Assembly: GCA_010015805.1 (NCBI GenBank)
Contig: ML978131.1
Span: 1-64,000, forward strand
Direction of reading: 5' to 3'
DNA length: 64,000 nt
Source of the DNA: Rhizodiscina lignyota
Lineage: Eukaryota
Shown: piece after piece, positions 1 through 12,443 of the stretch
How the letters are laid out: every line of letters starts with the position of its first letter
Position numbering within the stretch: the stretch's first letter is position 1
Made by a program: the position numbers and the translations under genes
The notes under the pieces: generated by a model
Seen by the model: the letters and a program-made list of their open reading frames with translations, nothing else
Told to the model about the DNA's origin: nothing
Database searches by the model: none

Positions 1-390
1 CAGAATTCAACAGTCGACTAGCAGCCTTACAAACCGACTTGGATACACTCAAGGCAGAGGTCACAAAGCTGCAAACACAAGTGCTGGCACAAAGGGAGGC
101 AAAGGCTCAGGCACAGGCACAAGGAGGAAGGCAAGGCAGGGAGGCCAGAGAGTGAAGGAACAGATGGAACAGGCCTGAAGCACACTGTTTAAGGCCTGAA
201 TACTTGAAAGGAGCCAAAGCTTTCATAAAAAGTGTTTATTTTAAAGAGATTATAAGGCATATTGTATGATTAGTCAGGCAGGAACCCCCACGTGGGCCAG
301 AAATGGCCTAAAAGGGCGAATGAAAATCTCTCTCTCTCTCTCGCCTTGACGCGCGCGCGACGCGTCGTTGAGTGAAAGTGCTCTCTCCAC
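1..390. mobile_element. possible right end of a decayed DNA transposon
   Basis: No CpG from ~37 to 290 and CA-rich. An AT-rich tail follows, then a structured block ((CT)n, CGCGCGCGACGCGTCG, GTTGAGTGAAAGTGCTCTC) that resembles a terminal repeat. The partner end is not in the window. Confidence 0.3.
3..155 (+). CDS. 3' end of an ORF entering from the left edge (coiled-coil-like tail, possibly transposon-encoded)
   Basis: The frame from position 3 reads EFNSRLAALQTDLDTLKAEVTKLQTQVLAQREAKAQAQAQGGRQGREARE, then TGA at 153-155. It has a heptad-like pattern. The start lies outside the window. Confidence 0.4.
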   Translation, partial: EFNSRLAALQTDLDTLKAEVTKLQTQVLAQREAKAQAQAQGGRQGREARE

Positions 391-688
391 TTGCAGAGAA
401 TCAAAGCTGGTGCTGACGGGCTCTAGCCACTCACACACAGAGATAGTCGAGATGATACGGTTCATGGTATCGTGCCGTCCTCTCGCAAATGAGTCTTTCC
501 CTGCATGCAAAGGATCTGCATGTAGTATTGTATCGCATGTCCTCACTGCTCTGAATATGCACGTGGGACTCGATCGGGCGCAAAGCAGCCTTATATGCCA
601 GCCTTTCTCATGAGAACCATATAACTTCTTTGTAAGTCCGTTCTTTGCAATTAGTCGTACCGAAACGTTTCACAGTATTTCTCACCTC

Positions 689-3600
689 ATGTCGTTAAAC
701 ACGAGCAGCATCAAAGAGCTGCAAGACTTGACCGACTCGTTGCCAGACAGAGAGAAGTCAGAATGGACTACTGAGAATGCCGAGCGCCTTCTGGACTCGG
801 TAAAGAATCTGAATGAGCAGCACGCAGAATCTAGCCGCACTCGAAGAATCATACGGCGAATCGACCCTCTCATAACCTTCTTGCGACGATTTGCAAGATT
901 TGGCGATACCATCGTGCAGGCCCATCCAAACCCAGCCTGCATTGCCTGGGGTTCCTTCCGGATCCTCTTGGAGGTAAGCACATTGTGAATTTGGAACGAG
1001 AAGTCATTAATGGAGTAGATTGTGAGCGGCTTTACGTCGTACTTCGAGAAGCTTTTCGATATGCTAGAATCTATTGACCGAAAATTCCCGTTGTTTGAGA
1101 AGTTTGCGAACTTGCATAGCGACTCGCCAGCCTGCGGTGATGCGTTGAAGGAAGTTTATAGCGACGTTGTGCTATTCCTTTACGATGCGCAAAGGATCTT
1201 CAAGCAACGTGGTATGGCTTTTGTTCCCTGTCCGCTTGTTTAGCTAACTCGTTATTCTAGCGATTAAAATCCTTGTCAAGACAGTATGGAAGTCCTTTGA
1301 AGAAAAATTCAGAAAGAGACAAAGCAATCTCGAAGGCCACATCTCCCAATTTGAATCCGCCGTCGAATTTGCACATCAGAGGACTCTACAATTCGAAAGA
1401 AGGCGTCATTTGATGCAATGGCTTGCCCCCGTAGACGTTGAGATGGAGCTCCAACGCCTCAGTGCAAAAAGGACTCACGGTACCTGTGCCTGGATCTACA
1501 GAAATGACGTCTACAAGCAATGGCGCGACAACCCTGGTCAGGAGCCCCTTTGGATTTACGGTGGGCCGGGAGCTGGAAAGACAGTGTTGAGTACCACGAT
1601 CATTGCGGACTTGCAACAACAGGAGACAGCGGACAATCAGTGTGTAACGGCCTTCTATTACTTCGATAGAGCGGAAGGCGAAAAGTCTGGCTTCATGCCC
1701 TGGATATGCAGTCTCATATCTCAGCTTGTTGCCCGGCTGGATCCAATACCGCAGCAATTGATAGCGGCATATGAGGCATCCTCAAAGCAAGGCCGCTCCA
1801 GAATGACACTCGCAGACTACCCAGTCGAGATTCTAGTACCCCTGTCAAAGTCCTTCTCGAAGCTGTTTCTTGTTTTCGATGGACTCGACGAAGCTACTGA
1901 GATCGGATCCATGCGACAGGTTATTGCTACCCTCACAGCCCTGCCCAACGTACATCTTGTTTGTCTCGGACGTCCTGTCATGCCAGTACGCAATGCACTC
2001 AGTACAAATCTTACCATCTCCCTGGATGAAGCCTTACTAAGTCCAGACATCAACGTCTTTCTCCAAGAGGAAATTGCTGCCCTTGAGCGGAACTGCGATA
2101 CCCATGGACTTATGTCGCTTTTATATCCCAGTGTCTCTGAAGGCGCCAAAGGTATCTTTTTGTGGGCTCACCTAATGGTGGAGGCCTTAAAGTCTGCATC
2201 AAGCGTGTATGAAATGACTGAGCTGACGACACAGCTTCCCCAAGGTCTGGTAGAGATGTATGCAAAGACTCTGGATGGTTATAGCAGGGAGACACGTTCG
2301 AACCGAGACTTGGTAAAGCGAATCTTCATATGGGTCTGCACCAGCACCTCGCCTTTGAAATGGCGGGAACTGGAACAGGCTATTTCTTTACATGAGGATG
2401 ATGTGAGGCTGGATCGTTTGAAGATGCCCTTCAAGGGAACTGTCATCAAGCTCTGCAGTCCTCTGATACAGTATTCTGAGCGAGAAGACCTTTTTCGACC
2501 TTCGCATTTCTCCGTTGTTGAGTACCTTCTCGGCGCAGACTTCGAACTCTCCACTGTCGCGGCTGATTCAAACACAGCATCTCATATCCGGACCAAGAAG
2601 ACTTTGGCTCATTCTACTGTCGCCAGTACTTGTCTGAAGTACCTATCTTTTCCGCCGTTAGATACGGCGGTGCATTGGGATGACAACTCTCTCCCTCTGA
2701 CCTCTTATGCGACCTCCAATGTCTGCCACCATATATCTTCTGCCGGCAAAGACCCTGCGCTTGAAGCATCTCTCTCCGCGTTTCTATCCTCCACAACCCG
2801 CCGACGCGTCTGGCTCACACGTTGGCTTTTGGTTACTATGAGCCAAGCTCCCTTGCAGAATATTCTACACCAGCAACGCGCAACACAAATCTGGCTTAAT
2901 TCCGCCGGTGAATTCGGTGTCCCTGGTTCCAAAGGCTTTCTCCAAGACACGTTGGCCGTTATGATTCAGCTCAACGATATACTCGAACCTGCTGATGGGA
3001 ATCGTGGCGCTGCTCCCCGCATCACAGTTTCGTACTTCGACAAAATGACTGTGATCAGGGACCTCTCTAGAGCTTTTACACTTGCAAGTCGGCTTCAGGA
3101 TGGAATCGATCTATTGGAAAATACCCTAATACAACACCAGGCTCGATTTGGTTTGGGGAGTAAGGAGACGATATGGATTATACAGAGCCTGGGAATCTTC
3201 TATGATCAGGGAGGAACACCTGAAAATTACAAGCACGCGTCAGATTTGCAGAATGAAGCTCTTGAGATCCAGCGAAGGGTCCTTCCAAAAGCTCATCTAG
3301 AGATTGCGTGGGCCAAAGATGAGCTTGGTCGAGTGCACCGCCACCTCTCCGATCTCCAGACAGCAGAGAAAATGCATCAAGAGGCACTTGAAATTCTGGA
3401 GCACACATTACCGGAAGATGCAATGATGACCATTGCCACAAGGAACGCACTAGCGCGGACGTACCGATTGCAACACAGACCAGAAGAGGCTTTGATGGAA
3501 CATAAAAGAGCGCTCAGCGCTCAAGAGCGAACTCGTGGCTTAGGCCATGCTCATACGCTGTGGACCCTGACAGACATAGCAAAGTGCTTGCGAGACATCG

Positions 3601-3848
3601 GGAGAAACCAGGAAGCTTATCACGAGATGATGACTGCACTTAATGGTCGCTGCGCACTTCTGGGCCCAGATCATCCCGACACTCTCTGGACGATGAACGA
3701 TGTCGGACTATTGCTCGCGCGACTCGGACGTCGAGATGAGGCAAAAATGTACCATGAAGGGGCTAAACGCAAGCAAATTGCTGTCCTCGGCCCTTCTCAC
3801 CCCTTCACAGTTTGGACAGTCGAACTTTTAGACCGTTGGCAGGACTGA
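689..3848 (+). CDS. fungal NLR-like STAND protein: N-terminal helical domain + NACHT + TPR repeats
   Basis: join(689..973,1019..1211,1261..3848) with GT-AG introns 974-1018 and 1212-1260 keeps frame. Motifs: N-terminal HPNPACIAWGSFRILLE (typical pre-NACHT helical domain), Walker A GGPGAGKT, Walker B LFLVFDGLDEA, GIFLWA, and C-terminal ~42-aa TPRs with LGPDHPDTL-type motifs. Confidence 0.92.
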
Positions 3849-5581
3849 CCGTCAAGACCTAGATTGCCCACCAAGGATGTAAGAAGCTATGGAATGTATA
3901 CGGTGGAACGCATGAATATACGAAACTTGCAAAGTCGGCGCAGGCGTGATGAGCAGATCCTGCCAATAATAAATTAACACACAAGGCAATTTCCAAAGTG
4001 TATAGTTCATTAATTACGAAATAGAAGCTTAAGATGCAGTAGAATTTACAGTGAGTAGAGTGAACCCCTCGGAAATGCACATCTCTATGGGTAGCCATCG
4101 CGCAATTCATCGTGGTCGGGGTACAATCTACGTATTCCATCTTCGCAGGAGATCTCGAGATCTTTCATTGTGACACGAGAGCAGAGTATTTGAGGCCGGA
4201 ACGGCCGACCTGTCCGCGAAGACTCTGCGGCGGAAGTGGATTGAATCCGAAGCGATGAATTCCTTTTCTTCTGAGGTGGTTGTCGAGTCACAAAGTACGG
4301 TGAAGGAAGCCACCCTTTCATGGAAGGAGGCAAGAATGCCGTCCTGCAGAGTGCTTTCAACTTTCTGGGCCCGGAGCCTGCAAGACTTCGCCCAACAATG
4401 ACCAATCAAGGACGGGAGTCGCTCAGGGCAGAGGTTCGAAGTAAGATGTCCAAAGCCCAATGCGCTCTTGACCTTGGAAATCTTAAGATAGAAGAATTTC
4501 GCGTCCATCAAGAACACATCGGTGCGAGAGACAATGATCGCCGCTTTGGTGAGATAGCGCCTGTCGAACAGTTCCGTTCAGTATTGGCCTACATGATGCT
4601 TTATTCCTCTGGGTCCGAATGCTGCGACATCAACCAACTCATTCGTTTACTGGGCTCACGCAAACATGATGAACCCATGCGTCTCGACTGCCCGTCATTC
4701 AATTTGCGAGGTTGTTGCTGTCTCCGCGTTTCCTCGTATTTCCGAGGGGACGTGCCTTTTCCACATCTCGTCTAGCACTGGCAGATATCGACCTTCCTTG
4801 ACAATTCTCTTTCTGGTTTGCTTCTCTTGGTAGCTTTGTAGCAGTCCGATTTGAATTGACTTCCTGATCTCAAGAAGAAATTTTCATGCAAGTTCAGCCT
4901 CAGCCTACTGCCGCCACGGACAGCCCTAAAAAGCTTGGCTGCAACCAAAATTCTCCAGAGCGGCGCAACGCCGCAGGAATTCACTGCGACACTGCAAAAT
5001 GGGCCGGTTTGCATAGTTGGTCAGCATCCAAAGCATCGTGTTTCGCCTGCTTTACCCCCTTTCGATAAAATATCGAGCTCAGCTGTTACTCATCACGCTC
5101 GAAAGGGTCCAGAGTATGTGCAGCAGGTACGGCCGCTCTGCGGCGCATGATGCATAAGCGTATACCCTAGCGCCTCACGTCACTGTGGACCTTCTGGAAC
5201 CATTCTAATCAGCTCTGACTTTGGACATTGCCCCCAAAGAAGAACTCTTTAAACAAAGCCATCTTACCGACTCCGGGGGTGTCCCGGGATAAGTCAACGA
5301 AATGGGCAGCTTTAAAAAGAGCGGAGTCCGCTCGTGTGCACTTGTTTCTCGTCTGAAGCCCCTTAAAATCTATCCGCCTCAGCAACGCCCGACAGCATTG
5401 AAAGTCGCCCAATAACGTCGGTTGGACGCCTCTCAGTCTCCAACAAAGCTGAATCTTGGATACGCGATACGAGGCTCCACTACGTTCAGCTCCATCTCAT
5501 ATAGGTTGAAGCGTTGCGGCTTAAATACCAGTTGGTCTGAAGAGATTCAAGTTTGCAAAATCTGCATTCGAGATGCAAAGC

Positions 5582-6458
5582 ATGTCGTTTTTCACGTTGC
5601 CGCGCGAGTTGCGCGACCAAGTTTACCGGGAGCTCTTAATAACCGACGAGCCCCTTGATCTGATGTTGCTCATTAAATCGGATGGCGCCTGTAAAGAGGT
5701 GTGTATATCACGTAAATAGTCACAACCGTGCCCATTACTAAACGTCTCAGGCCAAAACTCGCAAACCGAGGTCCATCGACGTCTCCATCTTGGAAACATG
5801 TCGACAAGTTCGCGACGAGGGATTCGCCATGCTGAGCCAGAGCAACGCATTTTGCGTTTACGACGACAGCTCGAAGTCACTTACAGAGCTCTTTGGCGAA
5901 CCCTTCTCGTTCCGCATGCTGCGGGATAAGATCGACATTCACCGTGAGCGCGTCGAGCAGCAGACGAACTTCTACCTCCATCGTGTCCGCCATCTACACA
6001 TCAACATCAATAGCTCAACTCCCGACGCCCAATCATCCCATCGTCTCAGTCTGCGGGCCGCGACTGCACTAGCCCACGAATTCGATTGCAAAGGCTACTC
6101 CTCGTTTCAGGCGAACCTGTGGCAGCACTCGCTGACTGCGTATATGATCGCTGCTATCTTGCCATCCGCGAGGGATTTGCGCATGATTACGATCGATGTC
6201 AGCGGCTTCTTGCACAGCGAGAGCAAGCAGCTTCTCTTGGACGGCATTCCGAGACTTTACGCCCTTGGCCATATCTCCCTCCGGATTCTGCTGAACGGAA
6301 AGAGCGACAGCGAGGTCATGTATGGAAGGAACGCCATCGACAGGAGAGTACTCGAACAGTACCTTTCGAAAGCTTGCGGCGAGAAGATCGAGATTCCGAA
6401 GAACGACTTTCTTATGCCAAGGAACCTTTTGGCTACCGCGCGAGTTGCGGCTTATTAG
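5582..6458 (+). CDS. F-box-like / DUF7730-type fungal protein
   Basis: join(5582..5698,5751..6458), intron GTGTGT..TACTAAAC..CAG. The N-terminal MSFFTLPRELRDQVYRELL is F-box-like and is followed by ILETCRQVRDEG. Confidence 0.75.
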
Positions 6459-7117
6459 CAATCTACTCTGGCACCCGTCATGAGTGGCGTTCATTCCGGA
6501 TCCTGCATTTTCAAAGAATTCCTTCAAATACTGCCTTTGCTTTAGACCATTGCATATTTGCCTTATACCCAATCTCATTCAATAGACATGTTTTAGATAG
6601 AGTAGATTTTCCAGCTTGCAAGATTTTCGATTCCATCCACTTGGCGTTTATTTTCACAGGATTCTGCCACGTCTTTCCAGGAGTCTGACGATATTGAACA
6701 TATTCCTTAGCAATTGTATCAGCGCATGGTGTTTGCTCTCAAACACTTGTTGCAAATATCGTATTTAATTTCATGACTTGTTACCGTCTGTACCCAATCG
6801 TTTCAGATTGCCGCGGTGCTTGTCGCCCAAAATTGTTTGTTGTCCGTTGCCAACGGTAGTAAACGCAAACAAGCGCCATTAGCACTCTGACTGAGTTGCC
6901 CGCCAGCTGTCGACCTGCGTACTATCGCATATTGGAGGGAATGCTATCTCATGAGCTAGTTCCACTTACCTGTCTGGATCGGCTTGTCCCAAGGACCCAT
7001 GGCTGGGAATTCCATTGGAGCAAGCGCTTAAATACCGAGCCAAAGGACACTTTCAGTCTTTTAATGGGCCTTTGCTCTTCCATTATACGTAGCTGTCCCC
7101 ATTAGTACACCATTTCT

Positions 7118-8373
7118 ATGTCCGACGGTCAAATTTCGCATGAACTTCCAACGCGAGCACGAGTGGACGCGGAGAATCCAACGATAACCATGGAAGAGAC
7201 ACCTTGTCTTGTGACACCCAGTCGAAAGGCATGGCTTTGGAGAATACCAAGTGCGGGTCCAGAATTACTCAAAACAGAGCTTAATTACTGCTAACGTAGC
7301 TACAGCATGGATTTACGCCATATTTGTCTTCGCCCTTTGTATTATCGCTGCGGTCTTGGCTCGTACGCATCTCTTGTTTGGTCCTGAAGTACGCTAGGAT
7401 TAATAAGAAGCAGTTGTCATCTTGGTCGCCTGTTCTCCGAATGGTAATGAACCAAATGTATGTTGCCTTCCGCGCAATACTAAGCTAACCGGAGCGCGAG
7501 ATCTTTTTATGCTAACCGGACTTCCAGGTGTACTTACTATCTGTCTCTTTCTACGCAACCTTGTCCCCAATTGGAACGTTTCCCATTTTCAATACTACTC
7601 TTTCTTCCTCCCGAGCTTCGGAGCGTTTGGGTTATTCCGGCATTTGCATCACACCCGGCGGTAGTGGTTACCTTTGCAGCTCGCCTGTCTTCCTCCCTTC
7701 GCCACCGTTCCCTCCTGGATTCATTCGGACCCTTGAAGTACGCACCGGCTATTTTGGAGTTCAAGCATGGAGTGCAGACACGGGATGGGTTGGCTGTGAA
7801 GACGCCAGCTCCTGGGCACAGGACGGGCGGGACCACCTGGGATTGCTGGACGGAGTGGATAATTTCAGGAGGCATGGGCTGCGCCCTGGCATGATGTAGG
7901 CCACCGCATTTTCTCCCAGTCCACCCTCTAACAGTTCCTCCAGGATAGCAACCTTCGCGCTCATTGTCATGGTGTTGTTTGGATTTCTCGTCCGGATTGG
8001 ATTCCGCAATACTCTCCGCTATACCAATCGAAGGGCGCGTCCGATTCCTCAAGTATTCGGTGCCAGTCTCACCATCTTGCTTTTCGCTGCGGCCTTCGTG
8101 GCTGTCTTTGCTGCAGCCCATCAGTGCACAGCTGTGAATACGGCAATGTCAATGATGAGTGGACTAGAAACCGCGCAGCCCTTAAATGTCTCGTATGCTC
8201 TATTGTCGCAGAAGGGGAGTGCACTCAACTATGCGTGGGTTATGGCGGGGTGCACAATCGTGGCTGCATCTGCAATGGCAGTATTGAGCGCCGTGGAGAG
8301 ACGAAAGACGATAAGGAAGAGCAATACTACCACTTCCACAGGAATCAATCTGTTTGAGCTACACAGGTCTTGA
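7118..8373 (+). CDS. Fig1/SUR7-like (claudin-superfamily) multi-pass membrane protein, paralog A
   Basis: Introns 7251-7299, 7363-7413, 7458-7527 and 7896-7943 give a continuous frame. TM1 WIYAIFVFALCIIAAVLALVILVACS, loop motifs RLGYSGICI and EVRTGYFGV, then three more hydrophobic helices. An alternative ATG lies at 7190. Confidence 0.7.
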
Positions 8374-8546
8374 ACACAACAACATAGTAATTGCTATTTG
8401 CTATTCTCTCCTTAGCTCATGAATCACGTCTTGATGTGCAAACAAGCGATGTCTTATTGATATTAATATCCTGTACTCTTTCGCTCTGGCTGCGGCATTT
8501 GCACCTCTTCTTCTCGCTAACGTTTGGAGGCTGCTTAATCGTGAAC

Positions 8547-9746
8547 ATGGATAGACGGCAGGTCCTTCCCGATGAACCTTCGGAATTCCATAAGAGTATC
8601 TTGAGATTGCCAAGTGAGTCCTCTAGTCTCTCTGTCTCAGACAACTCCTCCGCTCACAATCTTACTAGGATGGATAATCACCGGCTGTACGATGGTCGTA
8701 TTGATTATCGCTGTTTCTCTGCTCGGTATGATTATGTTGTTCTGTCTTCCATCTGTAACCGACTCACTGATACTTTCAGGTGCGACATTGGCTGGCTGCT
8801 CGACCACTCACCACGTATGTGCTTTCCAGTTGCTATCAAGCGTTAATCAGAATGCTTGAACGAGCTCAGCTCATAAACACGTTAGATATATCTCATCTCC
8901 GCATCTGCAACGCTCGAGACCGGCTGGCCACCCACTTGGACTATCCGCGCCGGCTACTATGGTGTTTGCGCCTCGACCTCCCTTCTCCCCTGGCACTGTG
9001 AATCCAGTGGCTCTGCATTCCTAAACAACCCGAGCAATGCACCATGGACGGATCTCAATCCCGACCCAAAGGCCATCTTCCAACTGATGGATGCGATTCG
9101 CTCGCAAGACTTCCGCACTGCCGGAAACTGTCTCGTCGCTGCGATAGCCATCGTCGTCTTTCTAATTATCGTATTGCTCGTTTGGTCCATTTTGGTCGGC
9201 CGCTGGATGAAAACGCCCCCCGGCCCAGCTCAGAACAACGCTGCGAATACTCCTCTCGACCCCATGTACTCCAACTACATGAACGAGCGTTTGTCAATCT
9301 TGCTCCTGCTCTTGTCCTTATTTGCAATGGTATTAGCGTTCGTTGCAGCTGGACTGCAGTATGGAGCCGCGGCTGCGGTTACACTGAGCGTTTCGGATGT
9401 AACGAACACGACGAACAACGAGGCAGGCGTGCTGATCGGGGAAATGGGACAGAAGGCGACCCTCCAAGCGTGGGTCGGAGCAGGCTTTGTGGGCTTGGGT
9501 GCTTTGGGCTTTGCTTGGTTATGTCGAGTGGAGAGGTGGAGGCGTCGAGGAGAACGTTGGCATCAGGCTCGACCACCTCCCGCACCTGTGCTGCGTCCCG
9601 CTGGCGGAGATGGTCATGGTGGTGGCCAAGTCGGTCGTGGTCAAGTCGGTCGTGGTCAAGTCCGTCGTCCTGGTGGTCGTGCAAATGCACAAGGCGATGA
9701 ATCGTTTTTGGACAGGTTATTTAACTGGCTGCGTGGTCAAGAATAA
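8547..9746 (+). CDS. Fig1/SUR7-like multi-pass membrane protein, paralog B
   Basis: Introns 8614-8668, 8726-8779 and 8815-8885 join to ORF 9087..9746. TM1 ends LAGCS, the loop has TIRAGYYGVCA..WHC, then three further TMs and a Gly/Arg-rich tail. Confidence 0.75.
9622..9668 (+). repeat. 15-bp coding tandem repeat, about 3 copies, (GQVGR)n
   Basis: gtggccaagtcggtc gtggtcaagtcggtc gtggtcaagtccgtc. Confidence 0.85.
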
Positions 9747-10246
9747 TTTAGTTTTGTACGAATATCGCGCATTTAACAGGTCAATCGCGGCTTGGGTGCC
9801 CAACCACATCGCAGCAGGGACGCAGTGCCGAGCTTTACTCTGTATTCATCATAAAACGTTACAGCTTCAAGTAAGATACAGTCAGGAGACACGTCTTTTA
9901 CGTCTTCGTTATGATTTTGCATTTTGCAATATCTGAAAAGTGCAGTATTCTATGCTGGGTTGCTGCAGCATGCTCGTGGCGTCGTTATTACTTCTCCACT
10001 TCTCCTGAATGACGCGCGTCAGAGCCCCTGAGTCCATAACTGGAAGACAGTCTGTAGCCTCACCATGAACCCTCGAGGGGACAGATCTCCGCATCGACAT
10101 TGACTCCGGGTACATGAGCCCATACCAAAGCAAATGCCAATCGCTAAACTACACACCACCTAAACACAGGAAATCCATATGAAAACTGTGTACCGTACAA
10201 CTGATGCAACTCCTCGCTTGGGTATTCTTCTCCTTAATCCAAATGT

Positions 10247-11865
10247 TCAATACTCCGGAACCCAACCCATATGGCCTCTCGGTCCCATCCCTCTCCACCG
10301 TTTTCCCCACCACCGTCCACCAGCTCTGCCTCCCCAACCTCCTTTCCTCGCAGCCCTCAAATCATCCACACTCAAGAGCCCAACGCCCTCTTTCTCCAGA
10401 CTCTCCCAGACACCATCTCGTAGGCCTCTTGGCCAGCTCGGTGTGCCCCAATACCTGCTAATCAGCCCACGATCCCGCGCAGTCTTGATCTGATCCCTAA
10501 TCACCCTCCGCTGCAGCGAATCCGGGCTCGACAAGAATGGCGATACCGCGCCTACGGCATGCGAGAAGGACGTGCTCGCGGTATGGGAATTCGACGGGTT
10601 GTACTTGTACCGGTACACCCCAGTGGCATTCCGCTCGGATACCTCGTGATCGTGCATCTCCTGCTTTTCCTGTGTCCTGCTTAGATCGATATTAATTGGT
10701 CCGGGGGCGGGACTGTCTGGATCGCCGGGCTGGATCAAGCTGTCTAGCGGCGCGTCGAAGAAGACGAACCGCTCTACATTCAAGGCATCAGTGGGCGTGC
10801 TGTTCCGTCCTGCGCGCAGGACGGTGTCGAAGTCTGCTTTGCCTGTTGCAACGAGCGTGATCGGCCCTTCGACACGTGTCTGCGTTGAAGGGTCCCAGCG
10901 CGTGAGATAATCCCGCTCGATTAATGGCTGAATACCGTTCATGAGCACGGGGAAGACGTTAGAAGGGGGCGATTTGAAGTCGATCATCAATATCAAAGAG
11001 GTGGAAGGCGCGAGGGCAAAGACGCCGTTTTTCCGTTCTGACGGGTTGAGCTCATACATCTCCTTGGGGAGATGCTTCTTTGCGTCTGGGTTGGGCGAGT
11101 TCATCATCTCGAGGATGGAGATGAGCGGTTCAATATACATTCTACGCAATGTGTGCTCAGGCGTGAGTGCAGTGCGGTCGTGAGCGATGTACAGTTCGTC
11201 TGATTTCGGGTCGGAGGAGGCGAAGATGTCGGCTTCGATGCTGATACAGCCGGTGCCGAGCGCCGCGTGTAATGGCGTATGGCGCCATTCGTCGTTGTGC
11301 GAATGGCATGGGATGGGTAGGACAGAGCGCAGAAAGGTGGACGGATAGTGAGGCGAGTGAGGGTCGAGAGGGATGCCGTCGGGGTGGTAGAATGCGCCAA
11401 AGGCCATATCAAATGCAGACATGGCGGCGTTCGAGTTGATATAGCTACAGAAGGTCAATTGGCCGTCTATCGTCCAAGATGTCGATTGGCAACTCACAGG
11501 GTTAATAGTGAAGTTACGGCGCATGCAATGAACAAGTACGACAATTGGATGCAGTTCCTGGCGGTGCGCCTGTTGCATATTTGCAGTCGCGTGGGGACGC
11601 TGTACACAAAGTCTCTCGTGAAACGATTCCTCCGCTTCTCTCGTGAGCGTCTAATTCTCGCCCAGAACTGCCTCCTGGAGCTGTTGTGCCGCTCGTCCTT
11701 GGAGCTGTCGGTCTCGTGCCCCGCCTTGAGGGGTAGATTGTTAGGATTGGGAGAGAGGCCATCGCTGTCGAGGAGAGAGGAAGTAGGGGAATCTGAATCA
11801 GTATAAGGCTCGGAGAGATGACTTTCGGTGGCCATGTTTAGTCTTGACTCTTCTACGTAGTCCAT
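10247..11865 (-). CDS. AIM6-like PLC-like phosphodiesterase-fold protein with an N-terminal membrane anchor
   Basis: join(11865..11498,11444..10247), intron GTGAGT..TAG. Motifs PCHSHNDEWR, GCISIEADI, LMIDFK, SRYWGTPSWP and LLSVDDL. Confidence 0.85.
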
Positions 11866-12443
11866 AGTGAAAGAGAAGAGGCGAGGATGAAAGGGTGAGA
11901 GAGGGTATTTAGCAGCGTGAGGTGAGCAGATCTGCTGCAGGCCTCCGTGGACGCCAGGAGGCTGGCCGCACCTCCACCTTAAGGATTAAATCGCTGCCTT
12001 ACACAGATAGCCGAATTACGATGTGCCAGGCCAGGCCAAATTGAGGCTATGTGGTGATGCAGACGGCCCGCACGGTCGTACGCGCGTCAACAGCCTCTCC
12101 ATATTCTGCAGAAAGGTGGCAGGCCAGTGAGAAACAAGGGGTGGGCGCCGAAAACGAGCAAAGCGTGCTGTTCTTTGCGTGGTGACGAATCTGCCGTCTC
12201 CACATGCTGTCCCACAATCACGGTTACGAAAAGCTTAGCAGTGCTTGTTTCTCCACCGTCTCCCTGGCAAGGAGCAGCAAGGAACGGTGATCATAAGATG
12301 CAGTTGAGTCCTCGGGGGAATGCTCAGCCCAAAGCCAGCCGTGCTCTGATTGGCCGATAATTGCGGCGGCTTGGCTACAAGGGGCCGTCCATCACGTGTG
12401 GGTATCAGATGCACGTTGGCTGTGAGCATTGATAACTCCAGAT

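Noticed and set aside
4085..4890. Overlapping 100-150-aa ORFs downstream of the NLR
   Set aside because: No recognisable motif or consistent splice model. An effector partner for the NLR could not be supported.
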